Shown: in pieces, positions 34,960 to 44,139 of the stretch
How the letters are laid out: each line of letters begins with the position of its first letter
How positions within the stretch are numbered: position 1 is the stretch's first letter
NCBI GenBank assembly: GCA_021325135.1
Contig: JAJPHT010000030.1
Span: 128,001-192,000 of the forward strand
Source of the DNA: Pseudomonadota bacterium
GTDB lineage: Archaea > Thermoplasmatota > SW-10-69-26 > JACQPN01 > JAJPHT01
Direction of reading: 5' to 3'
DNA: 64,000 bases
Program-made: the position numbers and the translations under genes
The notes under the pieces: generated by a model
Databases searched by the model: none
Seen by the model: only the letters and a program-made list of their open reading frames with translations
What the model was told of the DNA's origin: nothing

Positions 34960-36808
34960 GCAGGGCGGCCACTGCGAGGGGCGCCCACGCGCCCGCGCCC
35001 GGCGTCGCCTTCTCGGGCGGGCGCCAGGCCCAGTCCTGCTCCATCCTCCCGCGCATCCACGCCGCCGCCTCCGTCGCGTTCCACAGGATGGCGCCCGCCT
35101 CGCGGTTCTCCGTCGCGCTGGCGCGGCCCCAGTTCATGCTCCCCACGTAGAGCGAGCCGTCGGCCACGACGGCCTTGGCGTGGAGCGTGCGGCCCGACGC
35201 GTCGACGCGCGCCGCGAGCGGCAGCCCCTCGCGCTGCGCCAGCGCGGAGAGGCGCTCCGCGTCCGCGCGGTTGCGCCCGTCGTCGTCCCGGCCGTCCAGG
35301 AGGAGCCGCACCTCGACGCCCCGGCGCGCGGCGTCCACCAGCGCGTCGAGGAACGGATCGGGCACGTCGCCGAAGCGCGCGTCGGCGAAGAGCATCTCCA
35401 CGTCGACGCGCTGCCGCGCCTCGCGGATCATGCGCAGCAGCGTGGCGTTGGACGCGCCGTCGTCGGGGGACAGCACCAGGGAGACGTTCCACGCGCCTTC
35501 CGCCCGGAAGAGGGGGCCCTCCGCGGCGCCGGCCCCGGGCGCGAGGTCCGCGGGCGGCGCGTCGCCCGCGTCGGGATGCACGTCGGGCCAGGGCGCCATG
35601 TCGGCGTCCATCACGGCCGCGAGGCGCGAGGCGAAGGTGGCGTTCTCCACCACCAGGCCGAAGCCGCGCGTCGAGCCCGCGCCGGGGACCGCCGGGAACG
35701 ATCCCGCGTGGAGGTTGTCGGTCGATATCAAAGCCCGCTCGCGGTCCACGACGAGCGCCTTGGCGTGGAGCGTCGGGTAGCGCGCGGGGAAGCCGGGCGC
35801 GCCGCCCAGCCACGCGACGCGGGCGCCCCGCGCCACCAGGGCGGAGACGATCCCGGGCTCCTCGGCGGGGCGGCCCCCCACGGGCGCGCCCTCCAGCAGC
35901 GCGCGCACCTCGACGCCCCGCGCAAGGGCGCGCGAGAGCGCGGCGGCCACGTCGGGGCTGGTCAGCGTGTACGCCTCCACGAGGACCTCCCGCCGCGCGC
36001 CATCGAGAAGGGAGACGACGGGCGCCGCGCCCGCGTCGGGCGTCGCGAAGAGGGCGATGGCGCCTTCGATCTCCAAGGGGGCCCCGTCCTCCGCGGTCCG
36101 CCCGAGGCGCACGATCCCCTCCGCGCGCAGCGCCTCGCCTGGGCCTGGCGCGGGGCCCTCCAGCGCGGCCTCGACGCGGCCCGCCGCGCGCAGCGTCCAC
36201 GGCCCGTGGCGCGGCGCCTTGGCCTCGAACGTCTCGCCCGGCGCCAGGGTGATATCAGGCAGGGGCGCTCCGAGGGCGCGGCCCGCGAGGCGCAGCGGCC
36301 CCGCGCCGTCGTTGCGCAGGATGGCCGCCCCCTGGCGGACCTCGACGAGGGCGGGCCGGTCGGGCGGAGGGAGCGCGTGGTCCCCTGTGTCATCGCGCCA
36401 CCCGGCGGCGCCGGGCAGGAGCGGCAGCAGCGCGGTGCCCTCCACGACGGGCACCCGCAGGATGATATCACCGTCGCGGCCCACCAGGGAGGCGTTGCCC
36501 GCGGCGGCGACCGAGGCCAAGGGGGAATCCACCAACGAGACGCGCGCCGAGGCGGCGGCTTTCGCGCTGCCGCCGCCCGCGGGCCGCAGCCGCGCCGTGA
36601 GGTCCGCGCCGCTGGCCGCCAGCGTGGAGCATCCCGCCTCCACGGGCGCGTATCTTGCGGGCTCCAGGCGCAGCTCGCCGGGCCGGTCCACGCACGCCTC
36701 CACCAGGTAGGGGAGCCCCGCGCCGGCCTCCGCGGGGGCGTGGAGCGTCACGGACCAGGCCGAGGCCACGGGGCTGAGCAGCAGGGCGACCAGCAGCGGG
36801 CGGAGCAC
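34919..36808 (-). CDS. Secreted phospholipase D family protein
   Basis: Two HxKxxxxD motifs (HAKALVVD, HAKAVVAD), GSMNW; signal peptide; C-terminal TPG-hydrophobic-Arg anchor. Confidence 0.9.
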   Translation of the reverse strand: MLRPLLVALLLSPVASAWSVTLHAPAEAGAGLPYLVEACVDRPGELRLEPARYAPVEAGCSTLAASGADLTARLRPAGGGSAKAAASARVSLVDSPLASVAAAGNASLVGRDGDIILRVPVVEGTALLPLLPGAAGWRDDTGDHALPPPDRPALVEVRQGAAILRNDGAGPLRLAGRALGAPLPDITLAPGETFEAKAPRHGPWTLRAAGRVEAALEGPAPGPGEALRAEGIVRLGRTAEDGAPLEIEGAIALFATPDAGAAPVVSLLDGARREVLVEAYTLTSPDVAAALSRALARGVEVRALLEGAPVGGRPAEEPGIVSALVARGARVAWLGGAPGFPARYPTLHAKALVVDRERALISTDNLHAGSFPAVPGAGSTRGFGLVVENATFASRLAAVMDADMAPWPDVHPDAGDAPPADLAPGAGAAEGPLFRAEGAWNVSLVLSPDDGASNATLLRMIREARQRVDVEMLFADARFGDVPDPFLDALVDAARRGVEVRLLLDGRDDDGRNRADAERLSALAQREGLPLAARVDASGRTLHAKAVVADGSLYVGSMNWGRASATENREAGAILWNATEAAAWMRGRMEQDWAWRPPEKATPGAGAWAPLAVAALLSWRARGRDRRRS

Positions 36809-36930
36809 GGGAGAGGGAGCGCGCGGGAGGGCTTGACCCTCCTCCCGGAATCACCCGTCGCAGCCGCGCAACGGTGAACCCTCTGGGACGTGGGAGCGCC
36901 CATCAAATACCTCCCCCGGGCTGCTGGGGC

Positions 36931-37833
36931 GTGCTCCGCCGCGACCTTCTCCTCGGCATCGCCCTCCTTGCCCTCGTCCTGGGGGGCCTCTACATCTACA
37001 CGGGCACGTGGCCCCCCGCCGTCATCGTGGAGAGCGGGAGCATGATGCACGCGGACTCGGAGGTCACCTACGGCCGCATCGGCACCATCGACCCGGGCGA
37101 CCTCGTCCTGGTGAAGCACGTCAAGGGGCCCGAGGACGTGGGGACCCTCGTCGAGGGCTCGCGGGGGAGCTACGGGAAGCCGGGCGACGTGCTGATCTAC
37201 CACCCGGGGGGCGACGCCGCCGCGACGCCCATCATCCACCGCGCGCTGGCCTACATCGAGGTGCGCCCCGGCCCCCTCTACTGGGTGCGCTGGTCCGACG
37301 AAGCGCCCTGCGAAGGGGGCGCGTCCAAGGCGCGCGACGAGGGGCACTCGTGGTGCGTCTACGCGGGCAACGGCGTGCTGGTGCCCTCCGCCTCGCTGGG
37401 CGTCCCGGGGCCGGGCGGGAGCCTCCAGCCGTACCGGCCGCAGGCGACGGGCTTCGTGACCAAGGGGGACCACAACGCCTACATCGACCCCGTGGGGCCC
37501 ATCTCCCACGACGCGCAGGGGCGCCCCTCGCCCGTCCTCGCGGGCTGGATCGAGGGCAAGGCGCGCGGCGAGCTTCCCTGGCTGGGCCTCGTGAAGCTCG
37601 CCCTCGCCGGGAAGCCCAACCAGCCCGACCCGCCCGCGGATTGGACCAAGGTGGGGAGCGCCTACGCGCCCCGCGACCTGTGGGTCATGCTGGCCGTGTC
37701 GCTGGGGCTCCTCGTGGGCGCCCCCCTGGGGTGGGACGCGTGGCGCGCGCTCCAGAGGAGACGCAGGTCGCGGGAGCCGGTTCCTTCCCAGGGAGCGAAG
37801 CCTCAAGAAAGAGGCCCGCCTCCCGGGACGTGA
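36931..37833 (+). CDS. Archaeal signal peptidase I (S26 family)
   Basis: VIVESGSMMH (Ser), GDLV, PIIHR (His), TKGDHN, GKARGELPWLG. Confidence 0.9.
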   Translation: MLRRDLLLGIALLALVLGGLYIYTGTWPPAVIVESGSMMHADSEVTYGRIGTIDPGDLVLVKHVKGPEDVGTLVEGSRGSYGKPGDVLIYHPGGDAAATPIIHRALAYIEVRPGPLYWVRWSDEAPCEGGASKARDEGHSWCVYAGNGVLVPSASLGVPGPGGSLQPYRPQATGFVTKGDHNAYIDPVGPISHDAQGRPSPVLAGWIEGKARGELPWLGLVKLALAGKPNQPDPPADWTKVGSAYAPRDLWVMLAVSLGLLVGAPLGWDAWRALQRRRRSREPVPSQGAKPQERGPPPGT

Positions 37834-38795
37834 TGTCCGTCCACAAGGTGGTGATCGTCGGGTCGGGCCCCGCCGGCCTGACGGCCGCGCTCTACGCCGC
37901 CCGCGCCAACCTCGACCCCCTCGTCATCGCCGGCTACGAGGCGGGCGGCCAGCTCATGATCACCACCGAGGTGGAGAACTACCCCGGCTTCCCCGAGGGC
38001 ATCCAGGGCCCCGAGCTGATGGAGAAGTTCCGCAAGCAGGCCGAGCGCTTCGGCACGAAGTTCATCGACAAGAACGTCACCAGCGTGGACTTCTCCAGGC
38101 GCCCCTTCACGCTGGACGTGGAGGGCGAGAAGATCCAGGCCAAGAGCGTCATCGTCGCCACCGGCGCCTCCGCCAAGTGGCTGGGCCTCGCCAACGAGAC
38201 GCGCCTGCGCGGCCACGGCGTGAGCGCGTGCGCGACGTGCGACGGCTTCTTCTTCAAGGGCAAGGAGATCGCCGTCGTGGGCGGCGGCGACACCGCCATG
38301 GAGGAGACCAGCTTCCTCACCAAGTTCGCCAGCAAGGTCTACCTCATCCACCGGAGGAACGAGTTCCGCGCCTCCAAGATCATGCAGGAGCGCGTCCTCT
38401 CCAACCCCAAGGTGGAGGTCGTCTACGACACCGTCGTCGAGGACGTGCTGGGCGAGAAGACCGTCGAGGCGCTCGCGCTGAGGAACCTCAAGACCGGCGC
38501 CAAGAGCAAGCTCGCCGTGGGCGGCTTCTTCCTCGCCATCGGCCACCAGCCCAACACGCAGATCTTCCAGGGCCAGCTGGACATCGACGAGAAGGGCTAC
38601 ATCCGCACGCACGGCCCCCTGGAGACGCGCACCAACGTCGAGGGCGTCTTCGTCGCGGGCGACGTGTTCGACCAGCGCTACCGCCAGGCCATCACCGCCG
38701 CGGGCTCCGGTTGCAAGGCGGCCATCGACGTGGAGCGCTGGCTCCACGAGCACGACGCCACGCACCCGCCCATCAACACGGAGAAGAACTGGTAG
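37833..38795 (+). CDS. trxB: Thioredoxin-disulfide reductase
   Basis: IVGSGPAG, VENYPGF, CATCDG, GGGDTAMEE, FVAGDV...YRQAITAAGSG. Confidence 0.97.
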   Translation: MSVHKVVIVGSGPAGLTAALYAARANLDPLVIAGYEAGGQLMITTEVENYPGFPEGIQGPELMEKFRKQAERFGTKFIDKNVTSVDFSRRPFTLDVEGEKIQAKSVIVATGASAKWLGLANETRLRGHGVSACATCDGFFFKGKEIAVVGGGDTAMEETSFLTKFASKVYLIHRRNEFRASKIMQERVLSNPKVEVVYDTVVEDVLGEKTVEALALRNLKTGAKSKLAVGGFFLAIGHQPNTQIFQGQLDIDEKGYIRTHGPLETRTNVEGVFVAGDVFDQRYRQAITAAGSGCKAAIDVERWLHEHDATHPPINTEKNW

Positions 38796-40347
38796 GCCGC
38801 GACACCATCGTCGGCCGGGCTCCCGCGCGCACGACGCGCCCCTCCTCCGCGAGCCGGTCCAGGTGGTGGCTCAACAGCTGCCGCGAGACGCCCACCCGCT
38901 CCCGCAGGTCGCGCACGTCCAGGGGGGCGCCGTCCTCCGGAAGCGCGTCGAGGATGCGCTGCGCGACGGGGTGCAGCGCGGCGGCGACGGTCTGGGCCCC
39001 GGCGGGGTAGACGCGCGCCCGGCCGCCGCGGCGGTCCAGCCGCAGGAGGCCTCCCTTCTCCAGCATGCGGACGTGGAAGCGCGCGACGCTCCACGAGAGG
39101 CCCGCGCGCCGGCCAAGCTCCCTCAGGTGGAGGCCCGGCTCCTGCCGCGCGATCTCGTGCAGCCGGCGCCGCCGCTCATGGAGGAGCAGGTCGCGGGGCG
39201 CGAGGCGCGTGTAGAGGGGTGCGAGCACGCGCAGGAGCACCAGCAGCGCGACGCCGACCAGGGTCGCCTCCACCGCGGGCGCGGCGAGGCCGGCGCGCGG
39301 CGACGCGTCCACCACCGGCGCACCGCCCACGGAGAGCGCGTCGAAGCCGCCGGAGGCCGCGTAGGGGAACGGCCCCAGGGCGGCGCTCCGCTCCAGGGGT
39401 GATATCACGAGGTCGCCCGAGGCGTGGAGCGGCTCGTCCTGGAACGGGTGGCCGCCGCGCTCGTCGCGGTACTCGCCGGTGGCGTGCGGCGCGTCCAGCG
39501 TCCCGCGCAGCCGCCACTGGACGGTGGGGCCCGAGATCCCCCAGTGGCCGGTGACGGGGATGGACGCGCGGCGCGCCTCGCCGTGGAAGAGGAGGCGCGT
39601 CTCGCGCTGGACGACGCCCCCGGGCGAGGTGGACTCGGTGTGGTTGCCCAGCTGCACCGTCTGGAGCGTGCCGTTCCCGTCGAGGAACGTCGCGACGCCG
39701 CCGATCACCATGAGGCTCACCGGGCCGCTGGCGTTGATGGCGTCTCCCGCGAGGACGGGGAAGCCCTCGGCGGAAGCCTGCGGATAGTCGCCCGCGAAGA
39801 GCCAGCCCGCCTGCCACGTCCAGTCGACGTAAGGGGGCGGCCGGTAGGGGAGGAAGGGGGTGGGGTCCACCTGCGAGGCGGCGTAGCCCGCGTAGGCGTG
39901 CGCGAGCCTCACGGGGAATCCCGCAAGGTGCCCCGCGCCCTCCAGCGAGACGACGCCGCCGGGCTGCGCCACGAGGGTGAAGCGCAGAAGCTCGTCGTCC
40001 ATCCTCACCGAGAGATGCGAGGAGCGCACGGAGAAGTTCTGGTCCTTCGCAGAGCCCAGGGGCGGGTTGTAGGAGCCGTACTGCGCGGGCACGTTGGCGT
40101 GGGCGACCTCCCACGCGCTCACGGTGATGGTGCCGTTCCCCAGCTCAAGCGCGAAGGCTCCGCTGGCGTGGGCGTCCTCCATCTCCACGATGCCCTCCGG
40201 CGCCCTCGCCTCCACCACGCCGTCCATCTCCACAGAGGCGGAGGAGGACCACGACAGGCCGTCGACGGCGGCGGAGGCGAGGGGCAGGAGAAGGAGGAGA
40301 ACGACTCCTCCCGGGGCCAGAAGCCTCCGCACGATGCGTCCTCGCAA
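38773..40347 (-). CDS. Membrane-tethered transcriptional regulator: ectodomain, TM, double wHTH
   Basis: Signal peptide, ~350-aa beta-rich region, TM, then LYTRL...RRRLHEIARQEPGLHLRELGRRAGLSWSVARFHVRMLEKGGLL and a second wHTH. Confidence 0.85.
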   Translation of the reverse strand: MRGRIVRRLLAPGGVVLLLLLPLASAAVDGLSWSSSASVEMDGVVEARAPEGIVEMEDAHASGAFALELGNGTITVSAWEVAHANVPAQYGSYNPPLGSAKDQNFSVRSSHLSVRMDDELLRFTLVAQPGGVVSLEGAGHLAGFPVRLAHAYAGYAASQVDPTPFLPYRPPPYVDWTWQAGWLFAGDYPQASAEGFPVLAGDAINASGPVSLMVIGGVATFLDGNGTLQTVQLGNHTESTSPGGVVQRETRLLFHGEARRASIPVTGHWGISGPTVQWRLRGTLDAPHATGEYRDERGGHPFQDEPLHASGDLVISPLERSAALGPFPYAASGGFDALSVGGAPVVDASPRAGLAAPAVEATLVGVALLVLLRVLAPLYTRLAPRDLLLHERRRRLHEIARQEPGLHLRELGRRAGLSWSVARFHVRMLEKGGLLRLDRRGGRARVYPAGAQTVAAALHPVAQRILDALPEDGAPLDVRDLRERVGVSRQLLSHHLDRLAEEGRVVRAGARPTMVSRPTSSSPC

Positions 40348-40369
40348 GGATCGTAGGCTTCGCGCGGCT

Positions 40370-40843
40370 TCAACGCTTTTGCGGCCCAGCGGTTTGCCTT
40401 TCCTCGTCGAGGAGCCTCACGCCGATGGGCCGCGGCTCGCGCGCGGCGCGGACGAGGCTGCCCAGCACGGCGACCGCGCCCGAGGGGTCCTGGAGGTCGC
40501 GCACGCGCAGGGGCCTGCCCGAGGCGCGCGCCACCACGAGGTCGGTGCTCCACAGGTCCCGCTCCAGCCGCACGGCGCGCACGTCCGCGAAGCGCACCGC
40601 CTCCTCGCGCCACGCGCGGCGCACCACGAGGCGACGCCGCGTGGCGATCACCTCCGCGCGCAGGCGCAGGCCCGCGACGCCGTAGGCGGCGGCCAGCAGC
40701 ACGACGACGCCGGCGGCCCACGGCAGGCGCAGCGCGGCCAGGAGGAGCGCGAACGCACAGCCCAGCGCCGTGCCCAGGAGGGGGAGGCCCGCGCTCTGCG
40801 TCAGCCGATAGAGCGGCTCGTCGGAGTCGCCGGGCGCGGCCAT
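40370..40843 (-). CDS. PH-domain-like membrane protein
   Basis: Two TMs followed by ATRRRLVVRR...VRFADVRAVRL...DLVV...RDLQDP, a bacterial PH pattern. Confidence 0.7.
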   Translation of the reverse strand: MAAPGDSDEPLYRLTQSAGLPLLGTALGCAFALLLAALRLPWAAGVVVLLAAAYGVAGLRLRAEVIATRRRLVVRRAWREEAVRFADVRAVRLERDLWSTDLVVARASGRPLRVRDLQDPSGAVAVLGSLVRAAREPRPIGVRLLDEERQTAGPQKR

Positions 40844-40930
40844 GGAAGGGCCTCTCCCCGCGCATGGATGAAGCGCACGCCTTTCCTGAACCTCCCCAAG
40901 GCTCAAGGGGGGTCTCCCCGGTGCGCGGCC

Positions 40931-41344
40931 ATGCGCGTCAAGCGGATCGACCATCTGGGCGTCGCGGTCGCCGACCTCGCCGCCGCGAAGCGCCTCTACG
41001 AGGACCTGCTGGGCCTCAAGCTCACCCACGAGGAGGTCGTCCAGGACCAGGGCGTCCGCACGCTGTTCTACCCCCTGGCGGGCGTCAAGCTGGAGCTGCT
41101 GGAGTCCATCACGCCCGACGGCCCCATCGCCAAACACCTCGCGAGCCGCGGCCCCGGCATCCAGCACCTCGCCGTCGAGGTGGAGGACATCGACGCCGCC
41201 ATCGCGGAGCTGAAGGCCAAGGGCGTCCGCATGATCGACCAGGAGCCGCGCCGCGGCGTCGAGAACAGCCGCATCGCCTTCGTCCACCCCAAGGACACCC
41301 ACGGCGTCCTGCTGGAATTGGTGGAGCTGCCCCCCAAGGTCTGA
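40931..41344 (+). CDS. mce: Methylmalonyl-CoA epimerase
   Basis: IDHLGVAV, EVVQDQGV, LELLE, GPGIQHLAVEV, IAFVHPKDTHGVLLELVE. Confidence 0.93.
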   Translation: MRVKRIDHLGVAVADLAAAKRLYEDLLGLKLTHEEVVQDQGVRTLFYPLAGVKLELLESITPDGPIAKHLASRGPGIQHLAVEVEDIDAAIAELKAKGVRMIDQEPRRGVENSRIAFVHPKDTHGVLLELVELPPKV

Positions 41345-41421
41345 CGCTCGAGGGCATCCATTTCGTTCGGTGAAAGGGGCCCGTCGGCGAAGAAACCGCA
41401 TCTTCGGCCTCCGAAGAGGAT

Positions 41422-41682
41422 ATGTCCATGGTGGCGCACGCGCGCCTGACGATGCCCTCGCACTCCCTCTTCCACGACCCGCCCCTCACGCCGCCCCGGC
41501 CCGGCCGCGAGCAGCGCGACCACGAGAGGTATCTCCTGGACACAGCCGCCTCGCGAGGCGGCTTGTCGGCACTGTTGCCTGCGGGCAACCGCGCCGACAC
41601 GCACGCCGAGCGCCGCGCGCCCGACCGGCCGCGCCGCCCCCTCCTCGCGCGCGCCCTCGCCCTCGTGGGCGTCCGCTCCTGA
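41422..41682 (+). CDS. Small hypothetical protein
   Basis: Fills the gap between mce and the Lrp gene; GAGGA RBS-like motif; no family motif. Confidence 0.4.
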   Translation: MSMVAHARLTMPSHSLFHDPPLTPPRPGREQRDHERYLLDTAASRGGLSALLPAGNRADTHAERRAPDRPRRPLLARALALVGVRS

Positions 41683-41685
41683 GGC

Positions 41686-42171
41686 TCAGCGCGACACCAC
41701 GGGCAGCGCCGCCGGCTCCACCGGCAGGTGCCCCGTCTCCTTCTTCGTGCCCAGCACCACCGTCGTCTTCGTGCCCACGACGGCCGGAACCGCGGCGATC
41801 TTCTCCGAGAGCAGCGCCCGCAGCCCCTCGATGTCCGCCACGCGCACCTTGAGGAGATAGCAATCCTCCCCCGCGATGGTGTGGATCTCCAGGATCTCCG
41901 GCACGCGCGAGAGCGCCTCCGCCACGCCGCCGTGCTCGCGCCCCTCCGTCTTCACCTGGATGAACGCCACCAGGCTGCGCCCCAGGAGCCTCGGGTTGAG
42001 CCGCGCCTCGTACCCCAGCACGTAGCCGCGCTCCTCCAGCTTCCGGATGCGCTCCAGGATCGCCGAGGGCACCATGCCCAGCTGGCGGGCGATCTCCGCG
42101 TTGGAGACGCGGGCGTTCTGCTGCAGCGCGCGCAGGATCTTCCGGTCCACGTCGTCCAGGGTCGTGGGCAT
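41686..42171 (-). CDS. Lrp/AsnC family transcriptional regulator
   Basis: LDDVDRKILRALQQNARVSNAEIARQLG...ERIRKLEERG; IAGEDCYLLKV. Confidence 0.95.
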   Translation of the reverse strand: MPTTLDDVDRKILRALQQNARVSNAEIARQLGMVPSAILERIRKLEERGYVLGYEARLNPRLLGRSLVAFIQVKTEGREHGGVAEALSRVPEILEIHTIAGEDCYLLKVRVADIEGLRALLSEKIAAVPAVVGTKTTVVLGTKKETGHLPVEPAALPVVSR

Positions 42172-42216
42172 GACCCCTCCACCCTCGCCGGATCGTCATA
42201 AGGGTGCCCGAAACGG

Positions 42217-42276
42217 CGACGAACGTTCGTCGGAGGATGGATATCCTGCGCCGAACGACTGTCGTGACGAATCGTC
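42217..42276. promoter_or_regulatory. Short GACGA/TCGTC palindromes upstream of the Lrp gene (candidate operators)
   Basis: CGACGAACGTTCGTCG (42217-32), ACGACTGTCGT (42255-65), GACGAATCGTC (42266-76), just upstream of a CTTATGA TATA-like element on the minus strand (~42196-202). Confidence 0.5.
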
Positions 42277-42289
42277 GGCGACGGCTGCA

Positions 42290-42345
42290 CGGGTGGGTCC
42301 GGGTGGCGCCAGGCGTGCACGCCTGGCGCCACCCGGACCCACCCG
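42290..42345. repeat. Perfect 56-bp loopless palindrome
   Basis: CGGGTGGGTCCGGGTGGCGCCAGGCGTG|CACGCCTGGCGCCACCCGGACCCACCCG. Confidence 0.95.
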
Positions 42346-42544
42346 CCGCCGTGCGGCGTGACGATCCGTCGCCCCCGCGACCCGAACCTCCAAGCCCCCG
42401 TCGCGCGGCTCCTTCGGGCATGCTGCACGGCTCGCCCCCCTTCGAGCGCCCGGCCGCCGACCGTCTGCCTCCCGAGACGAGGCGGGCGCTGCAGCTGGAG
42501 CGCGTGACCACGCCCATTATGCGGGAGGGGCGCGTCGATCGGGC

Positions 42545-43396
42545 GTGGACCTTCCGCGGATGGATGGCAAGGTCGTTCTGGTCACGGGCGCGAGCAGCGG
42601 CATCGGCCTGGAGACCGCGCGGGGGCTCGCGCGGCTCGGGGCCTCGGTCGTGATGGCGGTGCGCGACGTCCGCAAGGGGGAGGCGGCCGCGGCGGAGATC
42701 CGTCGCGGGCTGCCGGACGCGCGGCTGGAGGTGATGCGCGTGGACCTGGCGGACCTGGACGACGTGCGCCGCTTCGCTCGGGAGTTCGCGGCGGGCCACG
42801 GCCGGCTTGACGTGCTGGTGAACAACGCGGGCTTCCACGTGGCCGGCTTCGAGCGGACGAAGCAGGGCTTCGAGAGCACGTTCGGCGTGAACCACCTGGG
42901 CCACTTCGTCCTGACGCGGGAGCTTCTTCCTCTTCTGGAGCGCAGCGCGCCCAGCCGCGTCGTGACGGTGGCCTCGGAGGCGCACCGCGGCGCGCGCGTC
43001 GACTGGGACGACCTTCAGCTGGAGCGACGCTGGAGCGGCATGCGGGCCTACGCGAACAGCAAGCTGCTCAACGTGTGGTTCGCGCGCGAGCTGACGCGGC
43101 GCCTGGCGGGCACGGGCGTCACGAGCAACGCGCTGCATCCGGGCAGCGTGCGCACGCAGTGGGGGCGCCGGCCCGAGTCGGGGCTCTTCCGCTGGGGCGT
43201 CAAGGTCGCGACGCCGTTTTTGATATCGCCAGAGAAGGGGGCCGACACCTCGATCTGGCTCGCGGCGAGCCCCGAGGTGGCGGGCGTCACGGGACGCTAC
43301 TTCCACCGGCGCCGCGAGGTGGAGCCCAGCGCGCTCGCGCGGGACGACGCGCAGGCGCGGCGGCTCTGGGACGTCAGCGAGGCGCTTGCGGGCTGA
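42545..43396 (+). CDS. SDR family oxidoreductase (retinol dehydrogenase-like)
   Basis: TGASSGIG, LVNNAG, NHLGHF, YANSK, LHPGSVRT. Confidence 0.95.
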   Translation: MDLPRMDGKVVLVTGASSGIGLETARGLARLGASVVMAVRDVRKGEAAAAEIRRGLPDARLEVMRVDLADLDDVRRFAREFAAGHGRLDVLVNNAGFHVAGFERTKQGFESTFGVNHLGHFVLTRELLPLLERSAPSRVVTVASEAHRGARVDWDDLQLERRWSGMRAYANSKLLNVWFARELTRRLAGTGVTSNALHPGSVRTQWGRRPESGLFRWGVKVATPFLISPEKGADTSIWLAASPEVAGVTGRYFHRRREVEPSALARDDAQARRLWDVSEALAG

Positions 43397-43402
43397 AGGC
43401 GC

Positions 43403-44134
43403 TCAGCGGCCCAGGCGATAGCGCACGAGCGCCATGCCGATGCGCAGGCCGTCGCGGACGCTCCCGAGCTTGGTCTCCCCGGCGCGGCAGCCGTAGGTGA
43501 TGGGAAGCTCCGTGATGCGCAGGCCCGCCACGACGCTGCGGGCGAAGAGCTCGGCCTCCACCTCGAAGTGCTTGCTCGTGAGGCCCAGGCCGCGCACGAC
43601 GTCGCGGCGGAACGCCCACATGCCCGTGCAGACGTCGGTGCAGCGGCGGCGGAAGAGGACGCTCGCCAGGGCGGAGAGGCCGTGGTTGCCGACGCGGTTC
43701 ACCGTCTTCATGGCGCCCGGCTCGATGCGGCCCAGGAAGCGCGAGCCCATGACGACGTCGTATCCCTCGTCCAGCGTCGCGATGAAGGCCGGGATGGCGC
43801 GCGCGGGGTACGTCGCGTCGGCGTCGAGCATGACGACGTAATCTCCCTTCGCGATGTCGAGGGCCGTGCGCACGCCGCGCCCCTTGCCGGAGCCAAGCTG
43901 CTGGATGACGCGGGCGCCGTGCCCCTCGGCGACGTCGCGCGTGCGGTCGTGGCTGCGGCCGTCCGCCACGAGGATCTCCACGGGGTAGCCAAGCTCCAGG
44001 AGGCGCGGGATGGGCAGCGCGCTGAAGGTGGCCTCGATGCCGTCCTCCTCGTTCTTGGCGGGCAGGAGGATCGTGACGGAGGGGCGGCGCAGGGCGGCGG
44101 TCTGGCCCTTCTGCGCAAGCTGGGGGAACATCAT
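43403..44134 (-). CDS. Glycosyltransferase family 2 (polyprenol-phosphate glycosyltransferase-like)
   Basis: LPAKNEE, DGRSHDRT, GKGRG, MLDADATY, GSRF, DVCTG, FEVEAE. Confidence 0.92.
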   Translation of the reverse strand: MMFPQLAQKGQTAALRRPSVTILLPAKNEEDGIEATFSALPIPRLLELGYPVEILVADGRSHDRTRDVAEGHGARVIQQLGSGKGRGVRTALDIAKGDYVVMLDADATYPARAIPAFIATLDEGYDVVMGSRFLGRIEPGAMKTVNRVGNHGLSALASVLFRRRCTDVCTGMWAFRRDVVRGLGLTSKHFEVEAELFARSVVAGLRITELPITYGCRAGETKLGSVRDGLRIGMALVRYRLGR

Positions 44135-44139
44135 GGCCT

